NCBI RefSeq assembly: GCF_037042905.1 | Contig: NC_087245.1 | Location: forward strand, 19,532,001 to 19,596,000 | Direction: 5' to 3' | Length of the DNA stretch: 64,000 bases | From: Lytechinus pictus | Taxonomy: Eukaryota | Part shown: positions 13,005-25,325 of the stretch, piece after piece | Layout of the letters: each line of letters opens with the position of its first letter | Position numbering within the stretch: position 1 is the stretch's first letter | Made by a program: the position numbers and the translations under genes | The notes under the pieces: model-generated | The model's input: the letters and a program-made list of their open reading frames with translations, nothing else | What the model was told of the DNA's origin: nothing | Databases searched by the model: none

Positions 13005-13478
13005 TGTTTGAAAGTTTGCATGGTGGCAATCACTGATGTGGTTTACAGTACACCATGTGGAGTGTTATAGAAACAGTGGATAGAAGAAGAAAAGAAATGG
13101 ATAGGCGAGAAAGTGGAAATTTGAGAGTAGAGTAATCTTTCTTGAATGTAGTCCTGAACTTATCTCCTGAAGACGGACAGTTAACCTGTCCGAAACGTCG
13201 AGTCTCTGACAGTCAACCTGCCCGAAACGTCGAGTCTCTCTACTGCTTCTACTCATCATCTCTACTCGCCGACTCAAGCCAGCATCTCCTCATCCATCCT
13301 ACTATTCAAGCTGTTTTCAACTCATCAATCTCTTCTGGTTTACAGTCCTTTTCAGGACTACATTCAAGAAAGATTACTCTACTCTCAAATTTCCACTTTC
13401 TCGCCTATCCATTTCTTTTCTTCTTCTATCCACTGTTTCTATAACACTCCACATGGTGTACCGTAAACCACATCAGCG
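13005..13478 (+). mobile_element. Penelope-like retroelement fragment with inverted terminal segments and 14-bp TSD
   Basis: 130-bp inverted repeat 13029-13158 / 13351-13480 with 2 mismatches seen. Direct repeat atcatcacttttgt at 12991-13004 and 13479-13492. Hammerhead motif inside. Confidence 0.7.
13164..13202 (+). ncRNA. Minimal type I hammerhead ribozyme motif
   Basis: CTC-CTGAAGA-C-GGACAG(ttaac)CTGTCC-GAAAC-GTC-GAG: core boxes, 6-bp stem II, palindromic ACGT, GUC triplet, 3-bp stem I. Confidence 0.6.
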
Positions 13479-14455
13479 ATCATCACTTTTGTCAAGTCAA
13501 TGTAAAGTCTAATAGTATACTGAGGGGGTATCAAACATTAGATTCTTAAACATCCATGCAGAATGCAAAACTAGAATTGACAATTTGGTGCAAATTTTAC
13601 AGTAAAGAGCTATAAAGGCAATTCAAGAAGGAAAATTTAGGGGGTTTGATTTTTTGCATCAAATATTTAAATTATTTCATTGACCCTATCATTCATTTTT
13701 ATTCATACAAGAACCCATCATTATCAACATCATGTAATGGCATTGATTATTTATGATTTTTTTAATTTGTATTCCATTTATTTTCATTTATCAATTTATT
13801 ATCTTCTTATTAGAGGAGGGACATTGTGCCTAACACCTATTTTCCTTGGATCATTCATTAAGGATATACTTTTTTTAGTATTTCATTCCAATAGTAGACG
13901 TTTTAATCAAGAAAAATCTCTATAATACATTTGGTGTATTATAGATGTGTTTTGTGGCCACTGAATTTTCATTATTAAAATGAAGTATTTACTTTAGATC
14001 TAACCAAGACATGAAAGACCTATCAAAATGTTCCTACATAATCATTAGCTCCATCAAAGCAACTATATGCTGTTCGCTCTAAATACTATTTCAAAAGTGT
14101 ATCCTACTTCCACATCATAAAAAATTCTATGAATTTCATTTAAATCTATCCAGTCTGTTTGCATGTGAATCTAAACAACCATAAAAATATGAAGGAAATA
14201 GGGTCAATTTATTTTAAAAAAATGTAAAATTGTAAAATAGAATTTATTTAAATATGAAAATACAGCATTTAAAACTTTGTTTTGTACACTTTTTATTTCT
14301 TTTTTCTTAACTTGATCAAGGGAAATACTTTCTAAGTGACCAAAAAAGCTTATAAGTGTAACCCTAGTTCAATAGGACATTTCTACTGAGATAAACCACA
14401 AACACATAGGATTAACTACAAACATGACACAATATGAAAAAAACTTGGTACTTAC

Positions 14456-14580
14456 ACATGCTAGTAGATTAACGGCACGCTGGGTGATGTTAAGTCCACG
14501 ACAGATGTAAGGGATTGACGAACGGTAGATGCAACGACAGGATCATGCAACGCGGGTAGTGCATACTACGTACATGTACT
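14456..14580 (-). promoter_or_regulatory. Candidate internal alternative first exon (5' UTR plus ATG T|gtaagt); 5' boundary unknown
   Basis: CpG-rich island in an AT-rich intron. agcATGT|GTAAGT is a perfect donor. There is an in-frame upstream TAA. Splicing to 12445 gives in-frame M-F-D-I-D-A-P. Confidence 0.5.
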
Positions 14581-14869
14581 GCATGCTTATTATTTCATGC
14601 AAATGTATACCTGAATCTGTTTATGAATTCACTTATATTACAATTTTATGCATTTGTTTTCCCCATTTTTTAATCATCATTATCTAACTTATTACATACT
14701 TAAGTTTATACTTTGTATTACTTACCAATCAATTGTCCTAACTGTTATATTTTGTTTGTTTTGTTTCAATTTTTTCATTTCTTTTTTTCACTTCATTATT
14801 TGTTTATTTTCTCCAATTATATTAGGTCAGGCCCATCAGTGAGCTAAGAAACTGCAAATTGTTATTTTC

Positions 14870-15020
14870 ACCATCAATATTACTGCTCTGATCATTATTT
14901 TTTTCAACAATAATGTTATCATTACTACTATTTTTATTATCATTATTATTACATCTTTATTCATTATTAACATCATTGTTATCATCAAAATCATCATTAT
15001 GATTATTACTATCATTATCA
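14870..15020. repeat. Degenerate (ATC/ATT)n microsatellite
   Basis: Trinucleotide low-complexity tract; similar tracts at about 19170-19320, 34510-34580, 36305-36380 and 61710-61740. Confidence 0.8.
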
Positions 15021-15988
15021 ATTTCTAACAAATACATTAATCTATTGATATTCCAATTGCTCATTTTCTCTTGGCTTCTTTTATTAAGTTGGTATATTCT
15101 TGGTACGTTATTTCATATCTTTATATGGGTGTTTACTTCACCAATAAGTTCACTTCCAAGTCAACGATTCAAAATTACATAATCTTTTGATGCTCAATTA
15201 TGATGCTTATGAAGTAAGTTATTTCTTATCTTCTTGAAGAATATCTACATGAATATTTAGTATATTTACCAATATTCAAATAATTATGTTCATCTTTGAA
15301 CCATTGACATTTTATGATAAACATATTTATCAAACAACGAACATTTGTTCGAGCTGTATTATGGTAGGTATATTAATGAATTCATGAATGATATTTATGC
15401 TATTCATTAATATTAATCAAATATGTATTTAAATATGTATTCATTTTTATTTATGGTACTTATTTGGTTAAGTTAGAAATGAATAGAAAAAAAGTTCTTA
15501 ATAGCACTGAATAGCAATATATCTTTAGTAGAGGCTTATTGATTTTTGGAAAATCTATGGCCTTTCAATTTGGTGGATATGTGCATTTATCATTAACTAA
15601 TGATTCAATAAGAAATAAGACATGCTCGAAACACACTTATGAACATAATGCAAGTCAAACACCACATAACAGTCGTGGATAACAATATACATCCATTAAA
15701 CAGTGTACAAAACAATATCAATAATGCTATCTTTTAACATGTCAACAAATAATGACTTATTTTGAGAAGTTGGAATGTGCAAGTTCAGCATGCTGTCAAA
15801 TGTGATATAGGTATAGCATTCCCTAATGAAATGGTGCCAACATATCAACACAGTTAAACAACATTTTTCCTTAGTATATTCACATTTTTTATGTTCACTA
15901 AACAAACCAAATACATGCACTAACAGCTTTACACACATTTCATGTTGTTTTCAACACACTTACACATAATGGAAACATAAGCTTTACA

Positions 15989-15994
15989 TTTATT
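15989..15994 (-). terminator. Candidate poly(A) signal for the tail-anchor isoform
   Basis: Minus-strand AATAAA followed about 22 nt later by GU-rich tgtgtaagtgtgtt. Confidence 0.4.
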
Positions 15995-17759
15995 CATTGC
16001 CAAAGATTTGTTGAAATTGTTGAATGGAGTAGATTTGTTAAAAGCTATATAATCATTGAACTGAATCATTAATTACACAATTCAAGATGTATTCTTTAGC
16101 AAAAAGAAAATAGAACCTCCACTGTAATTCAACAGATAAAGTCACCCATCTATATGTAAATGAATCGCAAGATGTCCGTAATATTTTTTAATCTTGCATA
16201 AAAACATGGAGCAGTGTTGTTTATTTTCTTTTATGTGTTGTTTATTATCTGAAATGTGTTGCTTTCCTTCTTCAGAATGTCAGAGAGACAAAACATATGT
16301 GTATTGAACAAAATTTGTGTCACGCAATCTTTCCAATACTTGTAGTAGCCCCACTTTGCAAGTGTATGTATGGAAACTTTGCCACAATGGTAACTACCAT
16401 GGTAACAGGTCAAAGCAGCCAATCAAAATCAAGGTTTTAATGAATGTTAACATAATACCAAGTTACCATATTTGTATATCTTTATGAAATGGAACTCCTA
16501 ATTGTATTCATAGGAAAAATATAATACTGTAATGGTATGCACTAACCATATCCCCCCCCCCCTTTTATGGAATATCTATTTTTTGGGTGATCTCCTTTGC
16601 TTTGTAAGCATACATGTCTGTGAATGCTTTTCTTTCATCATATCCTGTCATTATCTCTTCATTTGTAACACCTACTGAGTTTTACAAATCATGTTTTATC
16701 TTTTCTTTATACTGTATTTATCAAAATACATGTATGAGAAAAGGGATATTTTTTAATGAAATGGAAGTTGTCTAAACATTAAATCTATACAATCTAGACA
16801 TTAAAATTGTTCATTCTATATATAATGCACAATTTCTGTATTTAAAAAAAAATCACTTTTAAAACTTGTGGCAGAATATCTATGTTCCTTGCAGATTAAT
16901 AGCCCTTCTGATATTTTTTTTCTCCAAAAAAGATAAAATAGCAGTTTATCAACATCAAAATCCCTGCATTTGGATGAAAAGTTTTTAATTAAACTTTATT
17001 TTCAGGTTCCTATAACTCTATGAACTTTAGAGATTCCAACAAAGTTTAAATGTCTCTCAAATTTGATCAGTATCCTTACCCCAACAAGTAATTTAAATTA
17101 TCGAATTCTTAACATTACCAACAAAGATTAAGTCATTCTTTTTCACATTTAGCATACTGACGGGTACAGGTTTATTACAGTAATACGCAACTGAAAAAAA
17201 AACTCATTACATCTTTCTTTTTTTTTTCTTTAATCTGCAATCGATTTAGCATTTTTCATGAATCAATAAATAATATAAGATCGGAGTCTGGAAAAGTATA
17301 ATTGGATTGCAGATTTTAAAGGTAAATTTGAAATTCATTTAGATGATATTTTAAGGTTCATACATGTATCTCACCATGTGAAGTTTGGTTTTATTTGATT
17401 GATTCTTTCCTTCAAATGCCCTCAGAAAAGGACATGATATACCTGCTAGTATAACATGGGACAATGACATTGGACACCTCACCCATTAAATTTCTTTGAT
17501 TTGATTTTTTGACATTAGATCAATTAATATTTTCAAACTATGCTAAACAACCTTCAAAGATTTTATTCTCTGTAAAATGGGCAACCCAATTCCAAACACT
17601 TCAAAATTATGTGAGTTCGGTTTAGTCTCACTCTCTTCAAAATTAAAGATCTACATCAAAACCAGGGTTACAAATCTATGATCAGTTCCTATGGCAACGG
17701 GGGGGGGGGGCACCTAGGCTAATCTTTCATTCAATCTGATACAAATGATCTTGGTTGGT

Positions 17760-17893
17760 TCATTGTTTAAAAAATGTGAGGGCAATGAAGGACACAAACC
17801 AAGCCAAAACCAAAACCAAACTACACATGACACCCCAAGCTGGTATCAGCTGGGCAGCTTTGAAGTCCAATGGCTTCACTGATTCTTCTGAAT
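17760..17893 (-). CDS. TTN: Candidate alternative terminal exon encoding a C-terminal transmembrane tail anchor
   Basis: Pyrimidine-rich acceptor cttctacccgtttcactttcaatcacag|AT, phase 1, matches the Ig13 exon donor. It encodes (D)SEESVKPLDFKAAQLIPAWGVMCSLVLVLAWFVSFIALTFFKQ*. Confidence 0.6.
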
Positions 17894-19758
17894 CTGTGAT
17901 TGAAAGTGAAACGGGTAGAAGCGATGAGCTCCACGAGGTATCCACATTTTTTAGAAAGTATGTATTTGTGATATGGCATTTAAAAGCTCAGCGAATTTTG
18001 TGTGTACCAATTCAATGAGGCATGAGGCCTTTTAAACATGTTTCTGAGGCAAGAGTCCCTAAATTAAATTTATTGAAATCAAACAAAACAATGGACCAAT
18101 CAAATTCTTTTTTCAAAATCTGTTCAGAGTTTTACTGATAGACTCAAGACATTATAATGACATCGTATAATAGGAGTCACAAAATCATATGAAATATCAG
18201 GAGTTTGCCAAGACAAGCAACTTTTTTGGCATGAAAATGATGTAATTGTCTCATCATGTCTGAACAGCGATTTTTTTTTGCTTAGCTTTGTAACACCATA
18301 TCTAAAAGAGGATTCTAGATCAAAGGGATTGTAGCAATGATAAAGTGACAATAAGATGAAAATGAGATGGTGAGAGTTATTGAAATTTATAGCTTTGGCA
18401 TATTTCTGTCTGTCTGGTGACACTCTTTAATAATGATAAAAGCTCCCTCAGCTTTGTTGCTTTATGCTCCTTAACAAGTTTGAGACACTTTTCTGAGCAG
18501 TAACCCATCTCTATCTTTTCCTTGCTAATGCTCCCATTCCAGCAGAGTAATGGCGATGCAAGGAGTTCCACTGTAAAAGATACCACATTGGCTTTTTGCC
18601 AAAAGATGTGGAACAGACTTTTGTTGCAGAGCCTAGTTCCTAGTTTCCTGTGTGACCTTTACAAGCAAAATATCCAGTGCATTTTTTTATTTCATTAAGG
18701 ATGCTTTTATGGGAAACATGGTATTGGTTTTAATATTCCCATCATAAAAATGAAGAAACTATTTCTGAGTCACCTGGGAAAGTTTGATTGGATTTTAATT
18801 TGCTTAGAATATTCCAAATTATCATACTGTTCTTGTTTGTATAGTATTTAAAGGTGATTTGTGTGTCTTCTTCATATCTTTTATATATTCATGTTTTAAT
18901 TTTTAACCAAGTTATCCTTTTTCTCCCCTCCCATTTCTTCTCTTCTCTCTCTCTCTCTTTTTGTGTATACTTGTAGGAAAATATTAACTTTACCTGATAA
19001 CTACTGAATTCCTTGATTCCCATAGGTATTTTATAGATATCACCAGGTTTCAGTAGGCATCAAATCCCCTGTAGGCATCATCAATACTAGCATGGATGTA
19101 AACACCATCACATTACAATTGCTTCCACTCTCCAACATTACAGCTGCAGTCAACAGTTCCTTGTCACCATCATCATATCATCATCAGCAGAAGCAGCAAC
19201 ATCATCATCAACTTCATCAGAACTACCAATACCATCATATCATCTTCGTCATCAACATAATCAGCAGCATTACCATCAATTCCACCTTTGTCATTCTCAA
19301 CAACATTATAACTATCATCGTCTTTTTAACCACACTAATTTCTCAGATTGGAAACACATAAACAAAGCATCTACATCGTCACTACTCATGTTCTATCATG
19401 ACTTATGGCATCACAAGTTCTTTCCTCTTTCTCAACAAATATCACACAAAAACAGCACTAAACCCACTCATTAGATACATTTGGAACTCAGTATAAAAAG
19501 ATCCTTGAGACAATTATTTAACAAAATAACAAAGTTATTTTACACTGTAGGAATCGTGTTATGTAAGCTTTAACAACAATGAATGAAAAAGCTGGGAATA
19601 TGAAGAAAACTTTTTCATCCGTAGGAAAATATTAAATTCAGATCTTTTTATATTGAGTTTCAACTGTTTAACTATATCCATCATCAGCATAAAAAGCATA
19701 GATTTCGTCATCCTCATCATCATCGTCATCATTGTAATCCACATCACTGGCATCATAC

Positions 19759-20073
19759 CTTCAACAAGCAGCTGAGAACTGCATGTGACCTGTCCTGCCG
19801 GGTTGGAAGCCGTTACGGAAATACGACCGGAGTCGTCGGCAAGCACCTGAGGGATGTAGAGCGTGCTGGTCCCGTCCGAACCGGTGGAGACCCGCTTATG
19901 GGGCATGCTCTGAATCAGCTTTCCCTCATGAAACCACTGGACCTCAGGGCGTGGACTCCCAACCACTTTGCATTCAAAGCGGGCGGGGCTACCCTCGGCC
20001 ACCTCTAGATTCACTATCTTCTTTAAAAACTTAGGGGGAACAGCAAACTCCGCTGCAGACTCAATTTCTTCAA
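19759..20073 (-). CDS. TTN: Exon, Ig13
   Basis: ttccag|TT GAA...GAA G|gtatga, phase 1-1, 315 nt. Confidence 0.92.
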
Positions 20074-23000
20074 CTGGAAAAGGAGGCCAAAGTGAGAAGG
20101 AGATAAAAAAAAAGAAAGAAGATTTTTTTTAAAAAGCACATCAGAATTTTGTTTCCAGACAAACCCAAAAAGATTAAAACTGTTTCATCTAGTTCATTTT
20201 CAGAACAATGAATAATTTCAATATGGTTTGCAATGTGTAAGCTGCAAACTGAATTTCAGTATAAATATAGATAACATATAAATATTGAGATGTGCATGGT
20301 TAATTTTGTGTGCAAAGCATCAGCCTCTTTACAGGGTGCAGGTGCAATTACGTATCACCCCCTTTCTGGGGAAATTTGGTTTCACTTTGAATGTGAGTGT
20401 CTAGTGAATGAGACTACTGAAATCAAATTATGTGATTCTAATTCATGAATAATGAATGAATTGGGGTAAGCAATTAAGGATATTGAAAGCAGGGTGGGAG
20501 CCAATATGATAAATCATAAGGCCATGGTTTTTTTTCTAGTGGGATATATAATATAGATAGAAGCTGGGGATATATATATATATATGTAGATATATAGAAT
20601 TGGTGAAGAAATTGAATGCGAAAGTGAGAGCAGCAAAAAGATTATATATGTGGCAAAAAACAGCCTGCGTTTCCCCCTAAGCTGATCATTCACACAAAAC
20701 TAGCCATCCAAGACAACAAATAAACATCCATATGGTCCAAATATTGCCAAGTAGTCTTACCTCGAAGAGGTGAAGTGAATTTCTGTTTGGTTTGGTGAAT
20801 AATTTAGCATGTCATAAATTGAAACAAGGCAGAAATAAATGCTCTCGTCTAACATGAGATGTTGTTTCTGCCTCATTTCAATTTATGTCATCTCACACAA
20901 AAGTCCCGGTAGAATCCAAGGTTACTTCAGTGAAAAGTAGGCCATAAAATGATTCTGAATGCCCAAACCAGGTTAGTTTTTCATAAAATGGTGAGTTAGT
21001 TTACCATGGTGAGAGAAATATCATGACAACCATTATTAATTGAAAAGTATAAATAAACAGGAGCTAGTAACAAAAAAAGGAAGAATCTTTCAAAATTCCA
21101 CAAACTTGGCCCATACTGGATGTGTATTTGGCAATGATGGTGCTGAAAACAAGTCGCACACAACATCTCTGAATGCAAAGATTGGAAACAAAGTTGTCTT
21201 GAAGCCAAATATATAGCTCTTTCACACTTCATGCTACTGTAGCCTTTAATGCATAAATCAATATTCTTTAATAAAAGGGACATTAAATGAACACAAATAC
21301 AAATTCTTATTGCATACTAAATGATTAATAGACATTATCTGAGAATCAACAGATCTTGCTAGAAAAAATTGGGAACGAAAATAAATAAATAAATAATAAG
21401 ATTGAGTTTGGTTCACAATGTCCAAATAAAAGGTACGGCCTGATTGGCAGTGTGGGATATGTCAATTTTTATCCAAAAAAAATGATTTTATGAAAGAAAG
21501 ATGTAAGTAAATAAACAATTTGTATTATTATTGCCATGTTATAAAATTGCACTACCTACTCACACAATAAAAAAAGTTATTCTAGATATCAAACTACATT
21601 TTACATGTAAAACCACTACCCCTTTCCCCAAAGATTATCACAGCATGTATCAAATGTATTATCATATTAAAAGTACTGCATTTTCAAGCACTGATTTTTA
21701 TCTTAGAGGAAGACATAAGGTGTTGTTGCTCGTTCAAATTACGAAGAAAAAAATCTGGACAATTTCAGCTATATTAACATAGCTTTCACAGACAAAAACT
21801 TGATCCAATCACAATAATGTAAAAAACATGAATTAAATAAATGACAATTTATACATAGATATAGGAAATGAATACATGTTTTCAATTACATATATAAGTT
21901 TATAGTCATAGATAACTGAAATCACTCAAATACTGCATACTTTTGCCTGCAACATCTTTTCATCTGGAGCTTTCTAACGTACTTCCCTTTAAAATTCCAC
22001 TTCTATCAAGAGAACAAACTTCTTCATGTTCTGTTCTGTTTTCTCAACTGAAATTCTCTTTTAATGAAATTGCACCAAATTAAGTGAAAATCACTTATTT
22101 AAAGATAAACATGCAAGTGTCACATCATGGACTGTTCAAACATCTATCTAGTCTATTGCACACAACTACAATATTTCTTCCTCTGGCAAGGTTTATATCT
22201 AATGCACTTGTAAAGTTTTTAGGGTTTACCTACCTTACGTGATTGACTGAAAGTCATGAAATTATAATTTACAACATACACATATATATATTTATGAAAA
22301 TCTTTTTTTGTTTCATTTTATGATTTTTATAGTTTTCTCATATCATTTGAACTGCAAAGTATCATAAGGCACAAATGGTGATACCAATTTTTTGTCAGAA
22401 AAAATCATTTGTTACAAATGGAGAATTTTCATATAAAGACAAAAAAATAACATGCATATTTTTTTTCCAATAAACCACTTCTAGGTATGATATCAAATCA
22501 AACAGTGCAACAAAGCAACTAATTTTGTAAACATTCCTCAAAGTTTATAAATTTTTATACATTTTGGTGCATATCCGTCAATGGTACAGACCAAATTATG
22601 CTCACAAAAAAAAATGTTCACGTACTCCGATTTTTGGCAGTCAGAATAATTTAAGAGTACTATGATATTTTTGGCAGTGCAGTACAAACATTTGGAAGAT
22701 TTTGGTACATTTTTGCCCAAAAAAATTGAGTTATAACAGAACATTTATGAAGAATGAGTGTGTCCAAAAAGAAGCAGTATACTTGAAAAATCTGGAAAAA
22801 AACCTGGGAATGACCATGTGATATACACATTTGTGATATCAATGAAATTGTCGGTGTAATGCACCAAGTGTTTGTTGATGATTCTCATACAGTTACTTCC
22901 AGACCTGATTTCTCCCATTTTGGTTTCTTTCCACAGCCACTTATTACCTATGTTATCTTTCTATGTAGCAAAAAAAAACACGCTTGAAATTAAATGTGCA

Positions 23001-24750
23001 TATAACCCAATATAATCAAAAGATCTAGAAAATGGTGTGTGTGCATTAAGAAAGCTATTACTCCTATGGCATTGCAGATGGGGAAAAAATCTGAAGCTAC
23101 TGTTACTGTTTTTATGTCTGATCTGTTTTCACTTGCTTCCTTTAGAAAATAATGGTTTCTTGAATCAACTAGTAAGAAAATCATAATGTTCTTGATACAA
23201 TTCACTGCTAAATCCTAATTTCAATTTTCCTCTTCAATTGTTGAATAACATGACATATCTCAGAAATGTCAGCTCCCATGTGCTAAAAAAATCTACATGC
23301 ATACTAGTATGTGCAGCTTCATATAAAAACGGAACGTAAATTGGTACTTTTCTATAAACTTAAGTATTGAAAAAAAAACAATGTAAATCTAATCTTTCTG
23401 ATAATCTCTGAATTCTGAGAGCTGATATTTCTTCCTTGATATATAGAGGAAAATCATTGATGGTTTTGACAGTGAGTAAATAAATATTACACTGTAATTT
23501 CTAACAACATATTCACAAGCCATTAATTGATGGTACTTCACATTTATGTACCAATATGTAATTTTTCTAAGCACAGATGAGATCTATCTGGACAGTTTTC
23601 AGCCATTAATTGTCCACAATGTGCATATCTGGCCACATTACAACTGAATGTGTTCCACCAAATTTAATCAAAAATGACAAAAAAGACTTTCTTTGCATTG
23701 CTTGCTGACATGCATGACATCATGGTCTTTTTCCTGTCAAAGAAAATGATAATCAATTGATAGATTTCAAAAATTTAGTTTTAGTTTAGTTAATCAAAAT
23801 CAGCAAACAACAGGAGACAGAAACAGTTTGTTTTAGTATGGCTTCCAAAAATTGTTAGGGGTACTTTTAAGGGTTACTGAAAAACATGACTTTGCTTTAG
23901 AAATTTGGTATCGATCAAAACTTGTCTTATGTTAACATCTTTTGAAAGATCTTGTGGCTTTGAATATGTTGTTAGTTACAAAAAAAATGGTCATGAGCAA
24001 GAGAAATTTCGAACAGAAATACGTGTATGTACACTATTGTTAATATTATCTTTTAACGAATTTACAGACATAAAGTAGACATATGTCAGCTTTTAATTAC
24101 ACAATAATGAAGAAGTGATAATTATGCAACAATAAACTGTGGCAAACATCAGTAACACCAGTAACAATATTTCAGTACTAAATTTCTCTTGCAACATGTG
24201 AATCACAAATATTACACACATCACCCCATAGATAAATAAATGAGATAAATTACAGTTTACATCATCTTGACATATGCTAAATTCACGCTTGACATATGCT
24301 AAATTCACGAGATCAACTATAGGTAAGTTTAAAAGATAATGTGGCTTCCTGAATATTGAGTTTAATGAAAGATGTTGGTAGCAACTATGAATGATTGCTA
24401 AGAATATGCTACAAAACCTAGATGTAAAGGACCCAAATACAGGAATGGGATCAGTATACATGATCACAAGTTATTGTGCTAGATTCTAGGATATATATAA
24501 TTAATGATGTCATGATTTACGGATATGATAATTCCTTAAATATTCCTCTATCATATTGGAGATAGTTACAGAAACTAAGTCCCTTGTTGATTATTGAATA
24601 AATAGGTTATACACGATTAATGGGAGTACACAAGTATAAAAAGAATGAATGGATAAGTTGAATCCAAAAAGGTGTTATTACAGCAGTGTTTGAATTCAAG
24701 GTGATAGAATTAGAAAGAGCGCCCTCAAAGGTCATCAGACTCCCACTCAC

Positions 24751-24939
24751 CTTGTACGTTCAAGATTCCACTGCAGGATATACGTCCAGCGTTGTTAAAC
24801 GCCTCGCAGACGTATTCCCCACCATCTTCCTGGAAGACCTCATTGATCTGGAGTCGGGCGATCCCGTCATCGTAGCTCATGCGGAAGTAGCGTGATGGCT
24901 TGATGATGCCTCCGTTGTGGTACCAGTTAATAACAGGTG
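24751..24939 (-). CDS. TTN: Exon, second half of Ig12
   Basis: ataaag|CA CCT...CAA G|gtgagt; INWYHNG...FQEDGGEYVCEAFNNAG. Confidence 0.9.
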
Positions 24940-25110
24940 CTTTATATGGGAAAAGAGAAATGATTTTTTAAAAAAGAGATGAAGATAAAAATTTATTTTT
25001 TCATTGGTGCAGTTATATCATAGAATAAAGGACGTTAATCATACTGATTTCTAGCCTCCAGTCTCCTTTAATAGGGCACGTGATATGAGAGCAGTTGCTA
25101 CTGACTAAAC

Positions 25111-25325
25111 GGGTGTTGCAGGAAAATATTTTCAATCAATTGCAAATATTCTGTTGTAATTTTACAATTGATAGATCAATTTTATCTTGAGCAAATCAGA
25201 TTACACACCTTGTTTCAAGAAACAGATTAGCAATCAATCACAAATTTTTAATCAATTGCCAAACATATGATTATTTAGGGACCAATAATAGACATGCAAT
25301 TGATCGCAAGTTTCTTGCAACGCCC
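25111..25325. mobile_element. MITE-like element
   Basis: Imperfect TIRs gggtgttgcaggaaa / tttcttgcaacgccc; no coding capacity. Confidence 0.5.

Noticed and set aside
13065..13444. ORFs on both strands ending in the same peptide (SGLHSRKITLLSNFHF...)
   Set aside because: This is an artefact of the 130-bp inverted repeat, not a gene pair.
14836..15021. Hydrophobic Ile/Met-rich ORF
   Set aside because: It is the translation of an (ATC/ATT)n microsatellite; the same applies to 19092..19361.
20761..20782. Apparent microexon acag|22 nt|gtaaga
   Set aside because: 22 nt breaks the frame between phase-1 neighbours, and the nearest upstream ATG frame ends in phase 2. It could only be a poison or non-coding exon, with no further support.
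22400..24540. Repeat-like intronic segments, including a possible TTAA-flanked element at 23867-24539
   Set aside because: No convincing TIR pair or transposase similarity is visible without a repeat library search.
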